From Phoronis australis (Eukaryota > Animalia > Phoronida), in NCBI GenBank assembly GCA_002633005.1, contig NMRA01000343.1, positions 186,001 through 250,000 on the forward strand: a stretch of DNA of 64,000 bases, read 5' to 3'. The notes beneath the pieces were generated by a model, which had not been told where the DNA came from, did no database searches, and saw nothing but the letters and a program-made list of their open reading frames with translations. Below, one piece after another: positions 1-13,300 of this stretch. How positions within the stretch are numbered: the first letter of the stretch is position 1; each line of letters opens with the position of its first letter. The translations under genes and the position numbers were made by a program.

Positions 1-419
1 GTTTTTGATGTTACGTTTAGCAAAAATACAGAATGATCTCTTACAAACATATTTTCCATGTTAAGTAATGTTACCTGGGTGTGTATTTACCATCCATGGA
101 ACAACAGAATACGGCGTTAACGGCCTGACAAAGGTCTCAAATCCTGGCTCTGTGTGCACTTCCATAGAGGAAGCATAATGTCCTACTCCCTACTGAGTGC
201 AGGTTATTTGTGATTTCTCAATGGAAAACAATGCAAAACCAAGATGTGGATCCCTAGCTGGGGCGCTTACGTCAATGTCTACTGTTCAATGGATATTACG
301 CATGTCAACGTAAGGGAGCAATAATTACCATGAAAAATGTCTCTACAAGATAATCAGGGATCTACATCAAAAACGTTGCTTTCCCCTTTAATGGACACTG
401 TCTGATAAACAAAGCTTAC

Positions 420-1367
420 CTTGAGTGGTTTGGCTGCCAGCGGTTACAGGAGTAAGAATGACACCAGAAGTCCTCGCTTGTGTGGTGTGAATAACTTGGC
501 TCACCACAGTTGCTCCTGCAAAAATGCAACAGAAGTACTTGACTAAATGGGACACAGAACTTGCTTTGCAGAGACACGTTCACTGCTGATGCACTGACGC
601 ACGTGGGTAGCAAAAGTAATGAATTATTTCAGGCACTCATTTTTCAAATAGCCCCAGTATTACATTTTTCTTTACACTGAATGTGTGGGGCACCCCCACA
701 AAAGTCAGATATCAACAACTAAACAAGATTTACATTATGCCACTCTTAGCTATCACTACGACGAACAACTAACTTCAGTTGGAACCGTAGACAAATCGAT
801 GTTGCAATCATTGTGTTTGTCTAAATAAGCAAGTTATTCGCCAGTGAAAAAAATAGGAAACTAAAAGCAGACCCTTCAAACTCTAATAATCAGGGAAGGA
901 AGTCAGAGTGGTTGAAAATGACCTGATGACAAATTGGCTAATGTGCGTCCTACATCACATACACACAGTTATTCGTCACTTATGTCACACAAAAATAATT
1001 GTCAAAATGATAATTTTTCAAATTTTCAAAAGCTGATTTATGGAAACTTTATCAAATGTTGACTAATGACATCTATAGAATACAAGTCAAGGTAACAATA
1101 GGCTTAGATGTTTTTATTAAACAATTATTATTTTTGTTGAGAAATTTGACAAAGTGAATTTTCCCTCGTCCGCCATAGTGTGGGCTAAATGGATCAAGAA
1201 TTACACCAAACCAATAACAGTTAATTCATCTTGAATTCATCTGAAATTCTGCTTGCGCTCAGTTGTCACGGCGAGGAATTCCACGTAAATTTTTCCCATT
1301 ATTTTAGGCATCTCTCTTTTGCATCCAACTGCTACCTGAACACGATGCCACCTGGTGGTGCTGCTGT

Positions 1368-1399
<32 letters not shown>

Positions 1400-4300
1400 C
1401 TGGCTGGACCTGAGCTGAGCTAACAGAGTCGCAGCTGTGGGGCCCTTGGTGACCACGTGGGGCTTTCCACTGGTCATCACCTGCTGACCGATGATCTGGG
1501 TCGGCTTGCCTCCGATCAGAGCGGTTAGTTGCGTAGGCTTGGAGGCAATCTGCAGCAAGAAATAGAAAACATGGTGTGGTCAACAGCCACCAAACTGTGG
1601 TAACAGTCACACATGGTCATTCACAATATTAATGACAACCCTCATAAAACTTTTTCCATTCAAAGGAACATTTCCTTGACAAAGTAAGTCAACACAAATT
1701 ATTTAAACACCATTTCTCGCATTTAGTTGCCAAAAAATGGAAATGAATGAATTAATCCAATTAAGGTTCCAAAACTCCTTCTGTTTTTCCACCCCAAAGT
1801 GCACTTCCATTAAGTATTCAACAGTGACAGCTAAACAGCATCCAAATTCCACTGCAAGGTATTGAACAGCTTAAAATATGTCTCATTTCGAACCATAATA
1901 TCCATCTCCAAACAAATCATCCACGACATTGGCAAATAAACAAGATTCAAGACGCTATCGACTTTGGCAGGGTTGCACAAACTTTCAAAACTTTAGCTGT
2001 TTCAAAATCAATCACCGAAAACTTCACAAATCCTTTCGATAGTACATGTCAGGTAATATTATGACAAGGACAATTTTGAGTCCAGCACAGGTCACGATTT
2101 TCAATCTCAATCTGTGAGACCAGAGGAAACAATAAGTACAGGAAAAAAACATCTTTGGTAAGACGAAGCATACAGTATTAAATAAAACAGGTCCTGTATT
2201 TTTCCTCACACCATACTTAATTAAATCAGCTGTGAAATGTTCAGAGAGTCTAATTGCCAGATTTATAGGCCACACATACACTACACCACACCCACTCACC
2301 CACCCACCCACTTACCCACCCACTTTGATCTAGCCACAAACTTTGATCTCTAAATTTGAGTTTATTAAGATGAGTCATAAGAGTAAAAGGTTTAGAATGA
2401 GTATTCAAGTGCAAATTAAAAAAAAATGAAACTATAGGAACTGGAGTTTGCTGTCTTAAAAACCTGGCACTTTTGATCCATAGATTTCAATCAAGGCTGA
2501 CCATCACTGTAATAACGATACCTGTCCACCCACCATACCCACCTGTCCTGGTTTGCCGATACTCTGAACAAGATGTGTCTTTCCATCCTTGACTACAGCG
2601 ATACCTGGTGGCAGAGACTGAAGGAGCTGAGTCCTGGCTGCTTCTGCACCACCAGAGGTCGCCGCCACCGTATGAGCTCGTGGTTTACCACTAAAGCGCG
2701 CCACTACACTGACGGGAATGTTACCACTTGGCCCCGGAACCTGCATATAAGGCCTACCACCTCGGAGGATGTTGCTGCCTGTGAATGTTATCAATGCCGT
2801 TTTACAATTAAGTATTCATTAACTTTGAATAATAGATCAAACTACCTTAATGATAAATATTGTTAAACCTACTTCAATCCTGCCTTCTGCCAAAAAATCT
2901 CTTTTCATCAAGCCAACTTGCCATTGTAATACTGCACCCAACTTGTATCTTACTCAGATTATAGATATAGGACCCGTTCCAAGAAAACTGACTTAACTTA
3001 GACAAATCTTAAATTCCAGTCAATAGTAAAATAAAACTTAAATTTTTCTCAAGCCCGTTTCAAGAAAGAGATCTTAAGTTTGACTTGCTCCAACCAGGAC
3101 TTGAACCCAGGACCTTCAGCAAACCGTGCAGACGCTCTAGTCCACGGAGCCATTGGGACCGCCAGTCGAAAACAGAAACCCAATCACTCTTAGTAGTGGG
3201 CATCTCACCCAAGAACTCCTGAGTGTACATGTACCCGGTTGGGGTAGAAATCTTTTCAGACTTACATTCATTTCGTGATGTGGCCCCAGGTAGCATGCTG
3301 ACCAGACATAAAATGTTATAGCTCGAGATCAGACTCTCTAAGTTGGCTTGTTATGGTAGATTTAGAGAAATAATGAACTGTAAATTTGTTAGCAGAAATC
3401 ACTTTTCCCCAGAGAGTGATAAACCATTTGAGATCAGCTTTACATCAGTAAGTGGGAAATAACAAAATGTAAATTTGATGACAGCAGCTTTATACTAATG
3501 AAATTCATAATTTAATTTCTTAATACAGTTTATTGAATGTTTTATGAAGGTGAATTAATCATAAACATCAGACTTTTAGTGTTTAATTATGAAAAATAGA
3601 ATGCACATTGAACACAAACAGCTGATACTTCAAGTGAGAACTAATTACCTGGTCCAGTGAAAATACAATATTAAGGGTATCATTAGTAATTCAATGGGAT
3701 TGCGTTAGTGCAGTCAGTCTTTTTGAATTGAGATAGGCAAGTCAGGTTTCTCGAGAGCCCCTCGGCTTGTTTTGCCATTTTAGATGAGATTTGCAATTTG
3801 TCTACTTCTTAGTATTTGCATGAGAAACTTATCCCTACTGCATGTAAATATAGGTCCAGTCTGTTGTGCTTGATAGATTTTGTCATGAAATGCAGTCGGT
3901 TACAGTTGACTTTGATTGCACGGGTCTTGTACGGCGGACAAATTGTTTCCGTTTGGATGTGTCACTACTAGAATTAAGACCGGATTCAGTTCAAGCTAGA
4001 AAGTATGTTGAATTTATGATTATTGTAGTGATCCACTATTGATGCTTTAGTAATATTGACCCATTTTGTATTTCAGTTAAGTGAGAATCTTTAATATAAA
4101 CACCAGGAGCGAACCCGACTCACATCCATTTAGGTTGAACGCTGTGAATAAATGCTTTTGGTTAGCTACAGGCAGTTATACATCGAGCCACATCACAATT
4201 AATAAATAATTGAAACTGCAAAGTATTTGGCTTTGACAAACATTGCTACAGAGCAGTTTCAATAATTGATTATTAATAAGTACAACCCACTAACAAAATG

Positions 4301-7300
4301 ACTGAAAAATGTTGCACAGGCATTTTTTCAAATATTTACTTGCACAGCCAGATCGGTCTCCAAACTATAGCATGATGACCACATCTAGTGACTGAACTTA
4401 AAACCTCATGCATTAAACGACAAAAGAAGTGGACACTCACATATGGATTAAAAAACTTAACAGATTACCTTGAATACGGATGGTAGTACCGGGAGCCTGG
4501 GGTCGAACGCCTGTGATTACTGGTGCGCCCTGGTGCTGAACTATCCTTGCCACAACCGGGTTCCCAGCAGCAGTCGTCATCGCCATCTGCTGGGAGCTCA
4601 TGGAACTGGCCACCTTCTGCAGTGCCAAGTCTTGCGCTACAATCACATGTGACGTGGGCGTGTCTGACGCCGATTGACCGGGATTCTGAATAAGGCCAAA
4701 CTGTTGACTGGCAATGCCCTCGGGTCCAACCTGACGGAACCTTGGCGATGACAGATACTGCATGGCCATGGGCTTCGAGGCCGTGTGACTGAGAAAAACT
4801 GGCTTTCCTGATGGCTGGTGGCGCACTGTGATACCACCTGTGGTTAAAGGCTGACCGGCAGTTAGATCTTTGTTGGTGCTTGTAGCCATCCCAAGGGTGT
4901 GCGGAGCAACTCGGCTTTGAACAGTGGTGGTGGCAATGACAGGGCTAGTTGGCAGGGCCCTGGGGCTGGGCTGGGATGTACGGGGACTTTGCTGAACAGC
5001 CTTGGAGCCGTGCAGTGCTGCCAGGGCAGTATCCAGAGTCAAAGTCTCAGTGAATGCGGTGTCTTTAACTTTAGGCTGTGGGTAAAATTTGGAATAGATG
5101 GAAAAGACATCAACAAGAATGACTGCATGAACTTGACAATGACTAACCACGTCTAATAATGCCTAAGTCACATAAAGCTTCTCATGTCAATAGGAAGAGT
5201 TTCTGGACAAAAATGGTCATATTGGGTGACAGAGGAGCAATGATTGCGAGATTACCAAGGGCACTGGCTGGCCGTTGGACTCAGAACTCAGCAATCAATG
5301 AACCATTGGGCTAAGCTAAAATCGATCCATAGTCTGAAGATTTCTCAACTGGACACTGGAAAACCATTGGGTGATGTTGTTTGATATCAACCGGTGATTG
5401 CCCAATGAACTGCAATTTGGTTAGCTAATTTCAAATACTGTCCCCGCAGACTTCAATGGCACATCTGTGCTGCATCGGTTCCACATCACTGAAATATGAC
5501 TGGTGCTCCCAACCCAACAAAAATTTTAGATGGAACACAATGCGCAACATCAGGGAGTGTCGCATGATACGTGACTTAGGTATATTTTATGCATTATGCA
5601 GACTAGGATGAAAACCACTTAATCATACAGTTCTTATCACGCAATCGCAAGGATTAATTAATGTCTGTCACGGCAGCCATGTTCATGACATAAAAATATA
5701 CCACTTTCAGTTTGTTTCATTTGTGTTTTAAGGCCTTCATCTTTTTATTGAAAATTGTCGTAGAAAAGAAATGGCACTATCCGTATGCGAGAAATAATTT
5801 AATTAATATTCAACTTAAGAGCGTTCATGCACAATTGGAATTTGTACTAGGTATTTGTGAAAAATAAAGCATGTCAAGTTCAAAAATGTTGTTATTTTCT
5901 AGCAAAGGACTGGCACTGACACACATGGTTCAGTAAACCACTAGTACCAGAATGCCTCATACTACAAGAGGATTACCGTTTTAGTAGACTTGGGTTTCTG
6001 CAACGCCTTTTTAGCTTTGGCAGCCGCACCTTGTGCTTGGTGGATTCGCTCTGAAACACAAAAATGACGTCCACGCATTGAAGTCAAAGGAGAGTGGAAA
6101 GGGTTTGTTCAGTTTATGCGTACACATGTATTGAAAAGATATTCAAAATTTTCATTCCCACCATTTCAGATTGCAAATAAAAAGCCTTCATGATAGACGT
6201 AATGAGAAAACGCATAGGATTAGTATCTTATTATAATTTCATCTACAGGTGGTGACAGTCCCGGTCAACTTACCAAACTCATCCTCTGTTCTGTTCCTGT
6301 GTAAATAAATCCAGATCTTTCTGTTCACATCGTATTTAACGCAGGGATCCTTCTCGTAATGCAAACGATCCAAGGCACCACTCACCACTGTGTTGATCTG
6401 GGTAAAACAAATCAGTCAAATGAGAAAGGACGTTTACATGATCGAACACTAGATGGTTTTACTAGTACTCTAGATGTTTAGCAAATTTTCCTAATTACCA
6501 TTTGGATCAAGTTGTGAAGCAACGTACAAGGAGCATCTGATCAATATATCAAATAATACAATGCCACATCAAATAACATATAGATATCACTACAAGTACA
6601 TTAATGGTATTTTAAATATCATGGACACAGGTGGAATAACGGGCTCTGTTCACACATCACCAAAACCATAGAGATAACGCAAACAACATGCCATTTTTAA
6701 AACTTACAAGAATATTTTTTCATCAAAATTTGTGGTTTAGAAGCACTCTGCGATATCCTACATTTGCCAGTTATGACATCCGCTTTATTTTGTCAAGGGA
6801 CATCCCAACTCCAGGAATAACCAGAAATGAAACAATTGGACAGTAATTGAGCATTATATAAACCACACTCACAGCAAAAAATTGAAGGAATCACTGAGAG
6901 CCTTTCGATGTCGATCCGCCACCTTGTGAGTATGGTTTATATATTTTTATTATGTCTCAACCACAGCTGATTAGAATTCATCTAAGTGCACTCAGTTTGT
7001 TTATTAATAACTTAATATTATAAAAAGTTTCGTGAGAAAGTTAAAACTAAAAACCTGAGCATCGGAGACCCCATCAGCCAAGAACATTGAGTCTTTGAGC
7101 AGCTCACAGATGTCGCTACGCGTTCCCTCTCCATTGGGCAGACGTGCTGCGGCATCCCTCACTGTCAACAAAAGCAACGACAAGCGTGTACAATCTCATA
7201 CAAATATGACATGCAGTATTAGTTAGACACGTGCACACCTTGATAGTGACTAGAGGCTCAATAGAAACTTGCCTGACATCCACAGTTATCAAAATGAACA

Positions 7301-10300
7301 CGAAAATCATCTTAGACTCTATCATTTGAATTTCAGTCACGAATTGTCTGGTCTTTGATTCTCACTAATCCATGTTTTCTTTTCAAAAACAAATATAGCA
7401 GGTGGGTTAATATGTCTAAAGATCTTGAAATAGCTGGACAGCTCAGATGCTTAACCATTTGGTAAGAAATCACAATTAGTCACTATGAATTTCAACAATT
7501 CACATGCTACAGCAACACAGACCAAAATTTTAAATGGATATCATGTTTCATGAGGAGTGCTTTATAACACTTATACGATTTTCAAGAAACAAATGCTTTA
7601 AACTATTGCCAGTGGCACCATAGACTATAGTACACCGATCACCAACTTTGTCTATATACCCATGATCTGTCATCTTGTGTACAAGCCACAGCATCCTTAT
7701 ACACTAGCAGCGCCTACGAGAGTAAACCCGCTTTACTTCCAACATGTATGTCTACCTGTTGCATTTTTACAACTTCAATTTTGCAACTGCATTTTCCAAA
7801 ACCAATGCCAAAAATGCTCAAGACACGAAGATTATACTTAAGGAAGATGTTGAAAGGCTTTTCAATGCCAAAATGATTTCTTTCATACTACTAAGTAACA
7901 AAATTTCCCAATGTGAACACAATAACCAGAAGCTAAGGTCAACACATGAGGTAATAGTGGCGCATCTGAATAGAATTTCATGAGAAAATATCAGTGTTGC
8001 AAACTGGATGTCTATGTCTATGATGTCCATCAGTAAAAATGCAGCAAAAACAACATGACAAAACCCAATGCAATTACACAGCATGAATTCCCAGAACTTT
8101 ATCAACCTTTACTGGACTGACAGCCATGAATCACCAGTCAGTACCAACACAAAACTTACTGCAACACATGGTGACATCAAAAAAACCTAGTGAAAATTTA
8201 TAAATTTATCATATCGTATTGCAAAACTGGATGAATAACCTCCATCAATTTACCTAGTGTGAGGATCGTAACGTAGGCAGGTCTTTCTGAGGTCAACAGT
8301 GCGTGCTCTCTGGCCTTGTTCATGGCACTCTCCCTAGTATACACACCCTTTACTGGCCCCACAACGCTGACATAGCCGTGCTGTCTGTATGTGAACGCAC
8401 GGTGGGGATTACCAAAGCGTACTCGCTCCTGAATAAAAAGCAGATTAAGTGAGTATTGGAGAAATTCATGGTACTGTCTATGATGTATATGACCTTCAAG
8501 GGCTCCACTATCCAAATGCAGCCATGTTGTTTATTGTGAAATCAATGAACATTCTGTGAACGTTTCCAAAGCGTATTTCTCTCCTGGATGAGCTGATAAG
8601 CTAGCTGAGGTTTTTGTGAATAAGGAAATGGTGATCAAGATACAAAAATTTAGAATCGCAAACATTTTTAAGTCTGGTCTGTATGCCACCTGTTGGCCAC
8701 ATCACGTGACCTAATGAATATAAGTCTGTAAAGATTTTTGCCCAGATTGGGACTTGAACCCTGGACCTTATGTTAAGGCAGACTAAAAAATGTTGGCGAT
8801 TTATATTTTCAAGCCAGTTTAAGACTACTCAAGACATATGAAACTTCGGAATTTCATTTCTGTGCAGTGAGTGGATTGATGTGAAATTTCATAACAAGGC
8901 TACCTCTTGAGTACATTATATGTCAGATTTCAAACATTTGTCAACGTAGTCCTGAATGCGTGCTACCTAGGAGAGATACAAGCACAGTGATACAGTTCAC
9001 AACAAAGAACATATTCCAGACTGCAGACCATCAACAAGTTAAATGTTCACCTGTCACACCTGTTAATTAACAGATATATACAAAATTCTAATCTACCTGC
9101 TCTCTAAACTTTTGCTTCTCTTCCTCTGAACTTGGCCTAATGACAAAGTCAGTTCTCCTAAAAAATAAATTTTAATGCAATCGACATTGATCAACAAGGA
9201 AATTTCATACCACGGTTGAAGATACAGACCACGCCATCCTTAAAAACACGCTTTAAAGGTACCGAGATCAATTCGGATCATTTCAGAGCTTTTTCCATAC
9301 CACCACCCAGATTTCTTAACTTTGTAAAATTACACTGAATAGACAAAAAGGAATTCATTAATTTCTTTAACAGCTAATACCTCAGCTGGCATTTTGGCTA
9401 ATTTAGTGTGAAACTGATGAATTCATTATCATGACATGTGAGTAAAAAATTCAAGCCAGACACTAAACAACTACCATCTACAGAATAATGCTTGAATAGG
9501 ATACTGTACATAGAATTTTCATTTTCTGTCATTAACACTATAGCCAAAACGCCTCAAGTCAATAGAGAACTTCAGTTCAGTCAGGGTTGAACAACAACAA
9601 AGTTTTTTGATGTCTGAAAGTGCAACTAAATGTTCATTTCGTACCAAAAAGTAAATCAATTTGAACTCTGATTCAAAATTTCTAATGCTTTTCAGCTGGC
9701 TCTGAAACTGCAATTCCACCTATCCACCTACTAACAATTAAATGTGCATTAATAAAGCATAAAAATGGTTCCAGGTGATCAGTGCAATGGGCCCATCTGA
9801 GCGGCCTGCAAACGTCTGCTACAATGTGTACCAGACGGCCTGCAATTATTTTTATTACTAACAATTACAACTTGAAAAAATAATGTCAAATATCCAGCAA
9901 TACAGCAATGTTTTTGAAGATAAAAGTTAGCTCCCACTGTCAAATATTTACCACAAAGCGTGATTCAAAGTCTGACAGTTCTGCCAAAATATGTCCAATT
10001 AATTTAGAAAACCACTGCACTATTGTACACAGAGAGGCATTTCACTTGACAAGTAAAAACATGTTTATCGTCAACTTACACCCTGGGAGGAGGGGGTGAC
10101 TTCTGACCGCTGTCCAGGAGGTCAGGAGGTAAGCTCCCCTTGTTGTGCAACCAGTGGTCACACATGACTGACAGCTCCTCATCAGAGTCGCGGCCTTGAC
10201 CGATCCACTTCCAGTGCTGAGCCCGTTCTTTGTAGTCAACGTATGGAATGAAATTCTCTATCGATAAACCTGCATAAATTATAAAACGTGAAAATTGAAA

Positions 10301-13300
10301 TGTTGAATGAACTTTATGTTGATCTAAAGTGTTGTTACTTTAATGAATGTCTTGAATGCAGAAACACAGGCACAGCTAATGAACAACAAATAACAAGGAT
10401 GTCTTACATTCAAGATAACTATATACATAATACCCAATAATTAATGCGTACCGACAACAGAGTATAGATTAGTGCGATATGAGTCATCCGATATAGAATC
10501 CAGAAAGTGTCTTGCAGCCGATCATCTGCTCAGTAATCTGGCAGTTCATGTTGGACAGGTGCTTCCTGTTCACTCGTATCTAAAAGATGAACTGGCTGCT
10601 TGAAATACCACTAAAAAGGAACGATCTTTTCAGATTGTATGTCTACGTTTGCTGGTGCTGCTGCTGGGGATGAGCCCTATCCCACAATCCTGTGTGCATA
10701 CGGCATCTGTCCCTATCCATGAAGAGGTCCACGTAACAACCATACAACAGCATAAAGACCTCTCACAAAAGATACAAACGCACACATCACCAAAACATAC
10801 CTAAGACATCACCCGAGAGGAACTTAAGCGCCGACAGCACCAAGTCAACCCAGCTACCCTGCAGACCAAACCACTCGTTGGTGGCACTAGAGGGCGACTC
10901 CTGCCACTCACGTACTTTCTCTTCCAACTGGAAGTGAAACAGACAACACGTTTACAAGATGCTGTGAAGATTATGACCTAGTTCATAAATGTCGCATTTG
11001 AAGCAAGAAAAAGTTTAATTCTATTAAATTTGTACTGTTGTATCCGTACCAGTATTAGCTTCACTGTTTGACCATCATTCTGATGCAAATTTGTGATTTT
11101 CATTTTTTATTCAAAGTTATGTGTAAGCCTTTCACAAGCCTGGCCATTAATTGTTTGATTGCTCATACTCGAGTTGATGGCAAAAAATGTCACTTAAGTA
11201 TCAATACAATACAATACAATACAATACAATGTAATGCAACACAATACAATTAATTCAAAGAATCTCCCATTATACTGAATCTCAGTAAGAAAACCAAGAA
11301 ACTTTTCTTATAACACATATCATAAAAGCAATTAGTACATGTCTGCATCAGTTGAAAAGAAAATAAGCTAAGAGACCTGCTTTCGGCGTGACAAAACAAA
11401 TCAAAAGGAGACAGGTGGTCTAATATCTTATGGAGACTTGCGCAGACAACAAGATTAACCAACTGTGCAAAACAACAGTAAATAAAACACATGCAAGATA
11501 CAAAAATTTCAGACAAAAGGCACCAGATTTAACTATAGACTTAGCACGAAAATTGTCCAATGATGTGGCACCCTTCCATCAAACATTCAAATTTCCCACA
11601 ATGTGATTGGTCAATTTATGAACAAGTGTATCCAATCAAATGGCACACCTTGACTGTAGTAATCTTAACCTCTGCCTGTTCACATATGAATTCCCTCAAC
11701 AAACTGAAGAAGGAGGCATAGTCTTTGAATGTGGTCTTCTCCAGGGGGAGCTGCCTGTAGGCAAACAAAAGACAAAAGATGGCTGTTGAGTGAATCATTA
11801 TTTTCGTTAGAACGAAAGCAGCAAATAGAAATTGTATCCCAACTTGTGCAGTGCAATGCTAAAAAACATTAAAAGTGGGTTTTATTTAAGGCAGATCTCA
11901 TTAAATGTCGACGAGTTCTGATACCAAATTACCTTAACTTCATCGCCCTCATAATCTTGAACTCTAATTTGTTCTCAGATTTTGATGCAATAGTCGGTTA
12001 TAATGTACCCACATTTTGAGAACCAATTTGATGCCCGTTATTCAGTGGAGAAGACTGGTTCTCAAAATGCAGGCATGTTACATTCAACTATTACCAGTTT
12101 TACTAACTGGCCAATACTTCTCATTCGTGTTAACACAAACAACAACCGTCAAAGGAGCATCAATGCAGTTGGTCACAATTTCCCCCTATTATAAAGGTAA
12201 GAGTGTATCAAAGGTGAAATTAGCAGTTGGCACATGAGGAATTATGATCTGATATTGAGGTACACTGTCATTCATTTATATGTTCAAAACATTAAGTACG
12301 GATGAGCTTCTAACCAACATTTAATATCTGAACTTTGACAATGGAAAACGAGATTTATTTATTTCATTGATATTACGAAATATTAAGCCAGTACTTAGTG
12401 AACCATGTGTGAATTTTGTCACGAAGACGTGGATTGTACTAGGTAAGGTACGATACTTGCACAATAGTAAAAAAGCGATTAAAGTATATTTTCTAAATCA
12501 TAGCCCAAACACTTACTGCGAGCCAAACTGCATGCTGAGGAACGAGTCGTCCTCCATTGGGAGGTCACTCCTGGTGCCACTACTGCGTCCCCCCAACCCC
12601 AGGGCGTCGCTGGTGACAGCGTAGGGCAATGGTCGCTTCAGTTTCTTCTTCTTCTGTTTCAACAGCTTCCTCTTACCCTGGAGGGGGTTGAAGGATGGCA
12701 TGCCCTGGTCAACATGCTCTGGAAGTAACGAACGAAACAAATATTACATAGTTACACTCAAGACAAAATGAAATCTCCGAATACGAACCCTCAGTTTTAA
12801 TTGAAAGTTTCCATTCAGCGTCAGCATGAGTTCAAGATTAATGTCCTTTTTGCAATGAGTACATTATTGTTTACCCAGTAGGTGCATTATCAAAGTTCTT
12901 GCTTGATAACCAAGGAACTTAATTCAAGCTACAAATTTGAATTCAACATTTTGAGTTCAAACTCACTCTGGAATTTGTAGCTAAAGGACGTTACGCTGAT
13001 CAAGTGCATAAATGATAATGCTCTCGACAACCACCAAGTCAAAGACACTATTCTTGAATTCATTCTCCAACAGAGCAAAATTAAAGTAAATTAGACTTAA
13101 AGGTTAGATTTCAGGCCCTGGAGACCTACATGTAGGTTCAAATCCTGGCTATGCTGACAGTTTATAGCTCATTTGCAAGTAAGATGACACTAAATTATGT
13201 GCGAAGTATACACAAATCAAAAAACTCTCATCTACATTCTCCATTGTTGTGACACATGCATACTGTTCATGATGATCTTATATGTCAATCAAAACTTCCA

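Noticed and set aside
1332-1610. Poly-alanine ORFs on both strands
   Set aside because: They are alternative-frame and antisense readings of the NFRKB CAG tract; splice phases support the polyQ frame.
2514-2521. U12-type donor (GTATCGTT) in an NFRKB intron
   Set aside because: It deviates from GTATCCTT and no U12 branch consensus was seen, so I treated it as U2.
3088-3160. Intact tRNA gene
   Set aside because: A and B boxes are present, but the acceptor and anticodon stems pair poorly and it is attached to a dispersed repeat body.
10450-10740. GC-richer intronic segment as an extra NFRKB exon or transposase relic
   Set aside because: The flanking exons already join in phase with conserved sequence, the frames contain stops, and I recognised no convincing motif.
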